Positions 20,881 to 29,120 of a DNA stretch of 64,000 nt are shown one piece after another (within the stretch, counting starts at the first letter, position 1; each line of letters starts with the position of its first letter). Under the pieces are notes generated by a model that saw only the letters and a list, made by a program, of their open reading frames with translations, had not been told where the DNA came from and did not search any database. The position numbers were made by a program, and so were the translations under genes. The stretch comes from Candidatus Binatia bacterium (lineage in GTDB: Bacteria; Desulfobacterota; Binatia; Bin18), in NCBI GenBank assembly GCA_951812575.1, contig OX638322.1, positions 203,442 through 267,441 of the forward strand. Direction: 5' to 3'.

Positions 20881-20915
20881 GCAGCCGCGCGTGCCCGCGG
20901 TTTCGACACCCCTGG
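20828..20915 (+). repeat. 42-bp imperfect tandem direct repeat (period 46)
   Basis: 20828-20869 vs 20874-20915, 39/42 identical. Confidence 0.85.
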
Positions 20916-21166
20916 CGCGGACGAAACCGCGGGCGTGAGTATCCCTGCCGCTTGCCGGTCCAGTCCGCAAGGTGTTGCCCCGTACATGAGACAGACCATT
21001 GCCGACTGGGCCATTCAGGTGTTCGACGGTAGGGGTCAGTCAGGACACATCGATGCAGCACGTGTCTTTAACCAGTCGCTTCCGTCGCATCGCCGACGGA
21101 CCGGACGAAGTGCATATGTCACAACTCGGTCGCTGGACTCAACGCGATGCCAGGGGAGTGCGCTAA

Positions 21167-21433
21167 GTGGACCGCACCGGATCGAATCGACCCTTTATCG
21201 CCGGGATGGTCCTGACCTGCCCGGAGCCGACCTGCGGCTATGCGCTGTACGAAATTACGCGCTGGGCCCTCACCCAGGATTTGCTGGAAGACAACCAGCA
21301 CTATATGAAGCCGCTCCACGCCGCGATTCGTCCGCGCTCGGTATGGTCTTCGCTCAAATGCGGATTTTGCGGCACTTCGCTCTATGACTATAAGCGGCGC
21401 GCGTTACATACGTTTGAGCTGGGCTGGTGGTAA
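21167..21433 (+). CDS. Small zinc-ribbon-like hypothetical protein
   Basis: CPEPTC and CGFC pairs; stop abuts the convergent DUF4326 gene. Confidence 0.5.
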   Translation: MDRTGSNRPFIAGMVLTCPEPTCGYALYEITRWALTQDLLEDNQHYMKPLHAAIRPRSVWSSLKCGFCGTSLYDYKRRALHTFELGWW

Positions 21434-21436
21434 GCC

Positions 21437-21808
21437 CTAGCCGTCCTGCCCCGCTTCGTTGGCGATGGCGAGCAACACATCCGCGTGGCAGTCGTCATCC
21501 AGCGGACACCAGCAGGCCAGGTTCTTCCCTCTGAAGTGTTGCTGAATGGTCTCCGCCGAGGGCGGGGGTGGGAGCGCGTCGCCACCCTTAAAAAGCGCAG
21601 CCAGCCCTGGGACCAATTGGTCATTCAGCCACAGCTTGTACACGGCCACCAGAAAGCCGCGATCAACGGCCATGTCGGGTTTTTCCTTGAGCCGAAAGAA
21701 CGGATTGCCCCACTTGCCGGGCCGTCCGACATAGACCGCATTTTTCGGCATCTTCCAGCCTTTGGTACGTTTGCGTTGAATCCGCTTTGGGGGTCTTTTG
21801 CGTGCCAT
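21437..21808 (-). CDS. DUF4326 domain protein
   Basis: RIQRKRTKGWKMP, VYVGRPGKWGNPF, GKNLACWC, CHADVL. Confidence 0.85.
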   Translation of the reverse strand: MARKRPPKRIQRKRTKGWKMPKNAVYVGRPGKWGNPFFRLKEKPDMAVDRGFLVAVYKLWLNDQLVPGLAALFKGGDALPPPPSAETIQQHFRGKNLACWCPLDDDCHADVLLAIANEAGQDG

Positions 21809-21920
21809 GCGCTCAGCATAAGACGGTCCGGTGTTCAGAGCAAGCGTTGACAGACGCTCGACAAGGCCGCCCTGAACGCAGTACGCTATGGGCATTCGTG
21901 TATCGTTCAAGGATACGGTT

Positions 21921-23222
21921 ATGCTCAAGCAAATTCATCTCGCCGGCTTCGCCCTCTTTACCCCGGCCCCGCATATGCCGCTGTCGTGGATCTATCCGCG
22001 CGAGAAAATTCGCCACAAATGGTATGAGGGCGAGTACTGGGAAGCCGTGGTCCGCACCCTGGAGCGCGGCAAGTTCGACATGCTGTTCTTCGCGGACAGC
22101 CTGGCGGGGGGCACGCAGCCTGATCAGGTGCGCTACGCCATCCAATTCCCCAGCCACGACCCGGTTGCTCTGATAACCTATCTCTCGGCGGTCGCCAAAA
22201 AACTCGGCTTTGCCGTCACCATGTCCACGACCTTTTACCCACCGTTTCTGCTGGCCCGGACGCTATCGACGCTCGACCATCTGACCAAGGGCCGGATCGG
22301 CTGGAATATCGTCTCCTCGACCTCAACGGCCGAGGCGAGAAACTTCGGGTTGGAGAGCCTGCCGGCGCATGACGACCGCTATGAGCGCGCCGACGAATAT
22401 ATGCAGGTCTGCTACGACCTGTGGAACAGCTGGGACCCGGATGCCGTGCAAATGGACATGGAGCACAAGGTCTTTGCCGATCCGTCCAAAGTCCACCGCG
22501 TCGACTTTCAGGGGCGGTGGTATCGGGTCCAGGGGCCGTTTACGGTCATGCCCTCCGTCCGCCGGCGGCCGTTTCTGTTTCAGGCCGGCCAGTCGGACCG
22601 GGGGCGGGCCTTTGCCGCCCAACACGCCGAGGGCATCTTCAGTGCCGCCCGCGGCGTCAAGCAGATGCGCGCATTCTGCGAGGATATTGCCAGCCGGGCC
22701 GAACGCCTGGGCCGCAACCCGGACGACATCCCCATCATGTGGGCCGGCCAGCCGCTGGTGGCCGAGAGCGCATCCGAGGCGCGTGAACGCTGGGCCGCCA
22801 TTCGTGCCCGGATTCCGCTCGAAGCATCCTTGGCCCAGATGTCGATGCACTTCAATCTCGACCTGTCCCGGTTCGACCTCGACGTGCCGGTTCAGGATTT
22901 GGACGTGCCCGGCACCAGAGGCTTGTTCGAGATGTATCAAAAATACGACGTGAACATCACGCTACGTGATATCGCGAGAACCTATCTGGCCGGGAGTGAT
23001 ACCAACCCCTTGGTCGGCACTCCGTCGCAGGTGGCGGACGCCATGCAACACTTTCTCGAAGAAGGCGGCGGCAACGGGTTTCAGATTACGCCGCCGTTCT
23101 ACGCGCCCGACTATTATGAAGACCTGGTGAATCTCCTCGTTCCGGAGCTCCAGAAACGCGGAGTCTACCGGGGCGACTACACGGGCACGACCTTACGCGA
23201 GCATCTGTGCGGGTCGGGATGA
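21921..23222 (+). CDS. NtaA/DmoA family FMN-dependent (LLM) monooxygenase
   Basis: LERGKFDMLFFAD, LDHLTKGRIGWNIV, HDDRYERADEY, FQAGQS. Confidence 0.9.
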   Translation: MLKQIHLAGFALFTPAPHMPLSWIYPREKIRHKWYEGEYWEAVVRTLERGKFDMLFFADSLAGGTQPDQVRYAIQFPSHDPVALITYLSAVAKKLGFAVTMSTTFYPPFLLARTLSTLDHLTKGRIGWNIVSSTSTAEARNFGLESLPAHDDRYERADEYMQVCYDLWNSWDPDAVQMDMEHKVFADPSKVHRVDFQGRWYRVQGPFTVMPSVRRRPFLFQAGQSDRGRAFAAQHAEGIFSAARGVKQMRAFCEDIASRAERLGRNPDDIPIMWAGQPLVAESASEARERWAAIRARIPLEASLAQMSMHFNLDLSRFDLDVPVQDLDVPGTRGLFEMYQKYDVNITLRDIARTYLAGSDTNPLVGTPSQVADAMQHFLEEGGGNGFQITPPFYAPDYYEDLVNLLVPELQKRGVYRGDYTGTTLREHLCGSG

Positions 23223-23262
23223 AAGTCTCTGTGATAAAGAAGAGAGAGACACTCAACGGTCT

Positions 23263-23481
23263 CTACTTTCCCGCAGGAGGAACAGCCTCGTATTCCACCG
23301 GCAGGAGATTTCCTAGATTGACATGTTTGGAGGCGTCCAGAATCTCTATCCCAACGATTTGGTCGCCTTCACCCATATCTAAGACAATATCCTCGGACAG
23401 CCGTCTGTTCATCACCTGACGCTTTTGATCGTCGAGGCGTATATACAGAAGATCAGACCTCGCGTTGTACTGAATCCGCAT
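23263..23481 (-). CDS. DUF2283 domain protein (putative antitoxin)
   Basis: MRIQYNARSDLLYIRL...IVGIEILDAS. Confidence 0.85.
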   Translation of the reverse strand: MRIQYNARSDLLYIRLDDQKRQVMNRRLSEDIVLDMGEGDQIVGIEILDASKHVNLGNLLPVEYEAVPPAGK

Positions 23482-23526
23482 TAGGTTTCTCCCACCTACC
23501 ATAAAAGACGTAGACCGTCACAGTAA
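23481..23526 (-). pseudogene. 3' remnant of the DUF2283 partner (DUF4258-like toxin)
   Basis: Reads TVTVYVFYGRWEKP* with TAATG stop/start overlap on DUF2283; upstream part replaced by a REP doublet. Confidence 0.5.
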
Positions 23527-23599
23527 GTAGGTCGGATTAGCGGAGCGTAATCCGACAAGTATGGGCTGTCGGGTTACGCCTACGGCTAACCCGACCTAC
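23527..23599. repeat. GTAG-type REP doublet (REPIN-like)
   Basis: GTAGGTCGGATTAG..CGTAATCCGAC...GTCGGGTTACGCC..GGCTAACCCGACCTAC inverted pair. Confidence 0.8.
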
Positions 23600-23618
23600 A
23601 TGGCTGCCATTCCGCTCT

Positions 23619-23694
23619 CGTCATGCCGGACTTGATCCGGCATCCAGAGGGTCAAGGGTTGGAAGCCTGGATTCCGGCTTCCGCCAGAATGACG
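23619..23694. repeat. CGTC-type REP doublet
   Basis: CGTCATGCCGGACTTGATCCGGCATCCAG...CTGGATTCCGGC...GAATGACG. Confidence 0.7.
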
Positions 23695-23724
23695 TTGCTA
23701 GCGGTAGCCCCAGAGGCAAGGATG

Positions 23725-24534
23725 CTACGCCGCCTGAGTGTCCTCAGCAAGCTCCATATACGTCTCGCGCCACTCACCGGTTTCGTCCCACCGAAAGGGC
23801 GTTTGCAGCGTCGTAAGCGGATAGCGCGCGGTCTCAAGCAGGTCGAGGGCCATGCCGACGATAGCCCGCTGCATGTCCTTGTCGTCGGGCTTGCCGCACG
23901 GATTACCGAGCGGAAAGTCGGTAAAGACAAAGCGCGGTACCCCGCACTGCTCGACAATATCGCGGGCCGAGCCGAGGACGACCGTGGGAATGCCGTGCGC
24001 TTCGAGATGCCGGGCAACCAGACTCACGGTCTGGTGACATACCGGTCACAGGGCGACCAGCAGGACAATATCGACTCCGTCCTTACGGCAGAAGTCGAGC
24101 ACGGCCGGGGCATCCTCGTGCACAGTCTGCCGCGCACTATAGACCGTGGGCACGCCGTAAAAGCGCGGCGACAGGCTGCCGAGCCGGCCTTCGGCCACGT
24201 ACTCATTCAAGCGGCGGACAGGCAGGAAGGTTTCGACATCGTCGGTATGGGTGGCCGTTTTGTGCCACGACAGGTGATGGGTGTAGAGCGCCTCGGGGGC
24301 GGGTCGGGTGGCCGCGGCATACCGGCTGCGCTTCCGCCCGCCCTGCAAATCCGGGGCCGCGGTGGTGACCAGCGCGACCCGGCTTTCACTCAGCGGCTTG
24401 GTCAGCGGCGTGAACGGCGCGTCCGGGTTGGACGCCCAGCGGTAAGGATTACCGTAGCCCTTCGCCAAGTAGAATTCACGCGATTTGTCGATATAGCTGA
24501 CAAAGCCGCGCTGGGTTGGATCGATATCACTCAT
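23725..24534 (-). CDS. Glycine/betaine/proline reductase selenoprotein B (GrdB/PrdB)-like selenoprotein, Sec at in-frame UGA 24046-24048
   Basis: ORFs 24046-24534 and 23725-24027 are in one frame, joined as DGVDIVLLVAL-UGA-PVCHQTVSLVARHLEAHGIPTV (UxxC); KPLSESRVALVTTA, DFPLGNPCGKP. Confidence 0.85.
24017..24035 (-). promoter_or_regulatory. Putative bacterial SECIS hairpin
   Basis: ACCAGAC-CGUGA-GUCUGGU perfect 7-bp stem starting 11 nt after UGA, G at loop position 2. Confidence 0.65.
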
Positions 24535-24581
24535 GCCTGACCTCCCTGCTCGTATACCGGCTTCAAGAATAGGGCCCGGAC

Positions 24582-25931
24582 CTAGGCGGCCATCAGCTCG
24601 GCCAAAGCATCGGCATCACTGACTGGATCGGGCCGGCCGTTGGCCAGCGGCCGCGAGCCGGGTTTTTTCTCAAACGGGTCAACCAGCCCCAGCGTCTTGC
24701 CGTGCTCGCGCATGACCGGAATGACGTCGCGGTTGAGCAGTTCCAGACAGCGCATCCGGTCCTTGGCCGGCACCGGGCCGTCCAGCCAGAAGGAGAAGAT
24801 GCCCGGCCGCAGGATATCCTGGATTTTCTTGAGCTTGGGAATCACGTTGTCCGGCGTACCGGCGATCATGACCATTTCCTTGAGGACGCCGGGATAGCTA
24901 TCATAAATAGTCTTTTTGACGGCCTCGATCTCTTCGACCGTCGTTTCTCCGCCCTCACCGTACAGCGGTCCGGCAGAGGCATTGACGCCGAAGTTCGTCC
25001 GGGCCAGCCGGCGGGTCGCCGCTTTCGAGTTATAGCCCGGAGGAAACATCCATTCGGGCCGGGCGAAATGCGCAAAGGCTCCACCGTACAGAATGCGCTT
25101 GCCCATTTCTTCCGCGCGTTCCTGCGTATCCGCGACCATGACCGGTTGCAGATAGCCAAAATTCTCCGGCCCGGCCTGATAGCCTTCACGGGCTGCGGCT
25201 GTATTGTAGAAATCCCACAGTTCCAGGGTCGGTTCGAGTCGGGTAGCCAGGGCCACGTAGGGGTAGCGGTTCTTGGCGCACCACGCGACCGTCTCGGGGC
25301 TGATGAGACCGGGAATCCAGAAGGGCGGATGCGGCTCCTGGACGGGCAGTACCCAGGGATTGACGTGCCGGAAGTGGAAGTGTTTGCCCTCATACCGAAA
25401 CGGGCCGGGCTTGGTCCACGACTTGACGATAAAGTCGATGCCCTCTTCAAAGTATTCGCGATTGAAAGCCGGGTTGGCATTATTGGCGAGCTGTTCGCTG
25501 CCCGCACCGCGCACCCAGCCGGAGATCAAGCGGCCATTGGAGATCAGGTCGATCATGGCCAGTTCTTCGGACAACCGAAGCGCATTCGACACGGTCGGAA
25601 CCGGGTTGCCGAGCAGCGCCATTCTGACCCGGCTGGTCGCCTTGGCCAGGATCGAGGCTTCGACATCCATGACCGCGCCCAGGCAAAAGGGGGTGGCATG
25701 GTGCTCGTTGAGCATGATGCCGTCAAAGTTCATCAGCTCCTGATCGGTATAGATTTTCTCGTCGAGATACTGGTTGAGCAACCGCGCGCCGTGCTGACGA
25801 TCGAAATAGCTGTTCGGCGTCCCGAAAAAGCTGCGTTTGCGAATAATCTCGTTTTCGAGGTCGCGGTATTGCTCCGGATGTTCTTCCGGGTCGTAGTGAT
25901 ACGCACGTTCCGTAAACCACATGAAATGCAT
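24582..25931 (-). CDS. LLM class flavin-dependent oxidoreductase
   Basis: FDGIMLNEHH, RLSEELAMIDLISNGRL, PVQEPHPP; ATG after CAGGAGG. Confidence 0.9.
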   Translation of the reverse strand: MHFMWFTERAYHYDPEEHPEQYRDLENEIIRKRSFFGTPNSYFDRQHGARLLNQYLDEKIYTDQELMNFDGIMLNEHHATPFCLGAVMDVEASILAKATSRVRMALLGNPVPTVSNALRLSEELAMIDLISNGRLISGWVRGAGSEQLANNANPAFNREYFEEGIDFIVKSWTKPGPFRYEGKHFHFRHVNPWVLPVQEPHPPFWIPGLISPETVAWCAKNRYPYVALATRLEPTLELWDFYNTAAAREGYQAGPENFGYLQPVMVADTQERAEEMGKRILYGGAFAHFARPEWMFPPGYNSKAATRRLARTNFGVNASAGPLYGEGGETTVEEIEAVKKTIYDSYPGVLKEMVMIAGTPDNVIPKLKKIQDILRPGIFSFWLDGPVPAKDRMRCLELLNRDVIPVMREHGKTLGLVDPFEKKPGSRPLANGRPDPVSDADALAELMAA

Positions 25932-26001
25932 AGTCTGTCCTCCTGCTGTGAAAAAACCAGAAATATAAGAGACGGGCGGCGGAGGCAAGAGGAAACGCAG
26001 G

Positions 26002-27192
26002 CTACCCCGTCCCCTTATGCGTCCGCACGATGAGTCCTCGATGTTGTGGATGGCGTGTCTCGACTTGGACGTCGCGGTAGACATCTCCCTTGAGGGGCGA
26101 GAGGTAGCCGATGCTGTATTGCTGGCGAAGTTCGTGGGCAATGGTCTGGGTTGCTTGTTCGAGTACAGTGTGGCTCCCCAGAATATCTTTCGTACTCAGA
26201 AAAAAATGTTGGGCGCCGGTCGTGTCACTCAGCGATTGCAGCAGGTCAACATCCACCGAGCCAAAATTGGGCCGGCCCCGACTGGGCATGAAGGGACCAC
26301 CCATCCCGCCCATCCCCCACATGGGCATCCGCTGGCTTCGTGCACCCTGGCTGAGATTACCGATACCGATGGTGTATATGAGAATATTGGTTTCCCGCGC
26401 CGCCCGAAAAGCGTCTTCGCGTGAGGCCGTGCTTGAGGTATCCAGTCCATCACTCATGAGGATGAGGGCTTTCTTCTGACGCTGGCCGCGTTGGATGCGT
26501 TGCAGACCGCCCAACACGGCGTCGTACAGGGCCGTCTCGCCGCCCGGCTGGAGACCGGCCGTAGCCTGCGTCAACAGGCTGGGGCTGTCGGTAAAGTCCT
26601 GTAAGATCGTGAGCTGGTGATTAAACCCTAGAAGAAAAACCTCGTCGCCGGGCTTAATCGCTTGAGCAAAACTCCGCAGGGCAAGGACGGCCCGGCGCCG
26701 TTTGCCGTGCATGCTTTCACTCATGTCAACCAGGAGGCCCAGACTGACCGGCTCCTGTTGGCCAGTATTAAAATAGGTAATGAGCTGAGACTGGCCCCCT
26801 TCGTAGATGATAAAATCCTCGGGAGTCAGACCGTTGATATATTGACCGTTCTGATCAGTCACGGTGACAGTGAGGAGTTGGGTGGGTCTTGAAGTCCGTT
26901 TTTGGAGATGCGGAGGCGGAATGCCCTGTTGACGTGGAAGGGTCTGCATAGACGGTTGCGAGACCGAGGGCAGTTCCAGGACTTGGGGCCGGGCGGGGGC
27001 ATAGCGCTGCGGGGAAGAGGGCCGGGGAGTTTGTTGCGGCGCTGGCCGCGTTCCCTGCCACCCGTCGAGTTGCAACCCGCGCGTCTGGTCGTCTGTGTCC
27101 TGCGCGGAAGAGAGCGAAGGAGCAAGCAGGAGATGGGAGAGGAGGAGAAGACAGAGCAATACGCCAGGATGTTTGTCTATGCTCTGCCTCAT
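26002..27192 (-). CDS. Secreted VWA domain protein (Acidobacterial VWFA-like)
   Basis: Signal peptide, Pro/Gln linker, DMSESM MIDAS, TALYDA, SDGLD, ELRQQYSIGY. Confidence 0.85.
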   Translation of the reverse strand: MRQSIDKHPGVLLCLLLLSHLLLAPSLSSAQDTDDQTRGLQLDGWQGTRPAPQQTPRPSSPQRYAPARPQVLELPSVSQPSMQTLPRQQGIPPPHLQKRTSRPTQLLTVTVTDQNGQYINGLTPEDFIIYEGGQSQLITYFNTGQQEPVSLGLLVDMSESMHGKRRRAVLALRSFAQAIKPGDEVFLLGFNHQLTILQDFTDSPSLLTQATAGLQPGGETALYDAVLGGLQRIQRGQRQKKALILMSDGLDTSSTASREDAFRAARETNILIYTIGIGNLSQGARSQRMPMWGMGGMGGPFMPSRGRPNFGSVDVDLLQSLSDTTGAQHFFLSTKDILGSHTVLEQATQTIAHELRQQYSIGYLSPLKGDVYRDVQVETRHPQHRGLIVRTHKGTG

Positions 27193-27228
27193 ATAGATTT
27201 CCCTATGGGTTTCCCCGCCTCCCCTATA

Positions 27229-27400
27229 TCAGCCCACAATATGAACCTCATGCCCACTGATTACCAGCAGGGGTTCGACCAACTCGCCAAAACCGTCTGG
27301 CTCATAGCCCTGGATATCTGCGGATGTGGCGTTGGGATGATCGATACAGATTTGTACGACGCTGCCGTAAGCACGCTCAGAATCGGTCAGATCAACCAAG
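27229..27400 (-). pseudogene. Diverged copy of the 3' ~170 bp of the EthD-like gene (29121-29789)
   Basis: QICIDHPNATSADIQGYEPDGFGELVEPLLVISGHEVHIVG* vs QICIDHPNATFADIQGYEPDGFGELVEPMLVCSGYEVRIVD*. Confidence 0.85.
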
Positions 27401-27652
27401 GTCGCGTTGCGACCGCACATAACTTTCGAGCACTTGGTTGATCCGCGTCTGGTAGCCCTTTCCCGGAGCCTTGAAATAGGCCAACACGGACCGTTTGACA
27501 CGCAGGGTGATCTGTTCGGTGCGGTCGGGTTCGACGAGTTCCGCCTGCTGCCAGAAGGTCTCGTCCAACTCAGAGATGTCGCTGAAGTCGATGTTCTCGT
27601 CCTTCATGGACGCGATTTGTCGTGGTGTGAGAGGTTTATCGTATCCGCTCAT
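27392..27652 (-). CDS. BrnA family antitoxin
   Basis: IDFSDISEL...ITLRV...YFKAPGKGYQTRINQVL. Confidence 0.85.
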   Translation of the reverse strand: MSGYDKPLTPRQIASMKDENIDFSDISELDETFWQQAELVEPDRTEQITLRVKRSVLAYFKAPGKGYQTRINQVLESYVRSQRDLG

Positions 27653-27668
27653 GGTAAGCCTGCCTTCA

Positions 27669-27926
27669 TCACGCGGCGTCATGTTTCCCGATCCACTCAC
27701 GGAGCGCCTGGTCGATCCGCGTCTGCCATCCGCGACCGCCGGCCTTGAAGTGATCGATCACGTCCTGCGACAGATGGATAGTCGTTGACACTTTCGGTTT
27801 GGCGACTGGTGGCCTGCCACGGCGGACAGTTGCCTTGGCGAACTTCTCCAGCCAGCCATCTACGGACAGGTCCGGTGCCGTATCCGAATCAAAATCTTGG
27901 GGTATAGAGCGTTCGTTCCCGTTCAT
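27669..27926 (-). CDS. BrnA family antitoxin
   Basis: RRGRPP..KPKVSTTIHLSQDVIDHFKAGGRGWQTRIDQALR. Confidence 0.85.
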   Translation of the reverse strand: MNGNERSIPQDFDSDTAPDLSVDGWLEKFAKATVRRGRPPVAKPKVSTTIHLSQDVIDHFKAGGRGWQTRIDQALREWIGKHDAA

Positions 27927-28012
27927 TGACTTTGCATTATACATAAAAATTATAATAGGAGAATGTGATTCCTCACTGTGAGAAGAGGCCATAGTAGCTA
28001 TATACAGCTCCC

Positions 28013-28264
28013 ATGAAAGAGATTACCGCCAGAGACGCCAAGAATCGCTTCGGCTATTTGCTTGACGCCGTGCAGAGTGCGCCCGTGCGTGTGACCAAGA
28101 AAGGCCGGGCGGTTGGCGTGATGATGTCGGTGCAACACTATGAGCGACTTCGTGACGCTGCCTGGGAAGGCCTGACAATGACGATGGACGCTTTGGGCGA
28201 AGCCGCATCCGCGAACGGCTTGACGGAAGCCAGGCTCAAGGCACTCCTCGCGGATGAAAGCTGA
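28013..28264 (+). CDS. Phd/YefM family antitoxin
   Basis: MKEITARDAKNRFG.LLDAVQSAPVRVTKKGR. Confidence 0.85.
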   Translation: MKEITARDAKNRFGYLLDAVQSAPVRVTKKGRAVGVMMSVQHYERLRDAAWEGLTMTMDALGEAASANGLTEARLKALLADES

Positions 28265-28286
28265 GAGTGTCGCTCCCGACACCAAT
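28254..28286 (+). pseudogene. 5' stub of a PIN toxin
   Basis: Overlapping ATG gives MKAESVAPDTN (PIN-like first strand ending DTN), cut at the EthD 3' copy. Confidence 0.45.
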
Positions 28287-28321
28287 CAGCTCACAATACG
28301 CACCTCGTGCCCGCTGCATAC
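28285..28321 (-). repeat. Second, 37-bp copy of the EthD-like gene 3' end
   Basis: 33/37 identical to 29120-29156; encodes VCSGHEVRIVS*. Confidence 0.85.
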
Positions 28322-28392
28322 ACCTGTCAGGTCATTGTCCCACAAGACACTACGGTCTATTGTAACTGTAATGGTTCATCTTGAGGGACATC

Positions 28393-28635
28393 ATGCACGA
28401 GGTTCAATTACGCGACGCAAAGGCTAGACTCTCAGCGCTGGTAGAAGGCGCGGCCCATGGAGAGACGACGATCATCACTCGCTACGGCAAACCTCGGGCC
28501 GTCATCCTTGGGATCGATGAGTGGAATCGTCTCTGCCAGGTGCCATCCTTTGGTCGGTTGCTGCTCTCCGCACCACTGGAGGACGGTGATCTATCGCCGC
28601 GTGATATGAGCCCGTCACGAGACGCTGCACTCTAG
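28393..28635 (+). CDS. Phd/YefM family antitoxin
   Basis: VQLRDAKARLSALVE..AHGE.TIITRYGKP. Confidence 0.85.
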   Translation: MHEVQLRDAKARLSALVEGAAHGETTIITRYGKPRAVILGIDEWNRLCQVPSFGRLLLSAPLEDGDLSPRDMSPSRDAAL

Positions 28636-28644
28636 GAACGGCTT

Positions 28645-29085
28645 TTGTACTTGGTCGATACCAATGTACTGTCGGTCGGGGCTCCCGGCCGGGTAAATCG
28701 GTCCACGACATTGATCGACTGGATGGAGACGCATTCGAGTATGCTTTTCCTGTCGGTGGTTACCGTGGCCGAGATTGCCGACGGGGTGGCCAAGCTGAAA
28801 CGGACCGGGTCTGCCGCCAAGGCTACCGCCATTGGGGACTGGCTCCAACTTGTGCTCCATCTCTACGGCAGTCGCATGCTGGCGTTTGATGTTGCTGCGG
28901 CCCGGCTGGCGGGGGAACTGACAGATAAGGCACGGGCGGCGGGTCATGCCCCTGGCTTTGCCGATATCGCCATCGCGGCTACAGCCGGGAGCCACGGTCT
29001 GACGATCCTGACGCGCAACCTGCGCCACTTTGTGCCGCTCGGCATCCCGGCAATCGATCCCTTTGCTACATTACCCCGCTCCTGA
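28645..29085 (+). CDS. vapC: PIN-domain VapC toxin
   Basis: YLVDTNVLS, TVAEI, ADIAIAATA, TRNLRHF; TTG start. Confidence 0.85.
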   Translation: MYLVDTNVLSVGAPGRVNRSTTLIDWMETHSSMLFLSVVTVAEIADGVAKLKRTGSAAKATAIGDWLQLVLHLYGSRMLAFDVAAARLAGELTDKARAAGHAPGFADIAIAATAGSHGLTILTRNLRHFVPLGIPAIDPFATLPRS

Positions 29086-29120
29086 CAGCAGGCAGGACCA
29101 TCTCATATTACTGAGGTCCA

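Noticed and set aside
20828-20915. Possible CRISPR repeats
   Set aside because: Only two copies, a 4-nt gap, overlap with a CDS, and no cas genes
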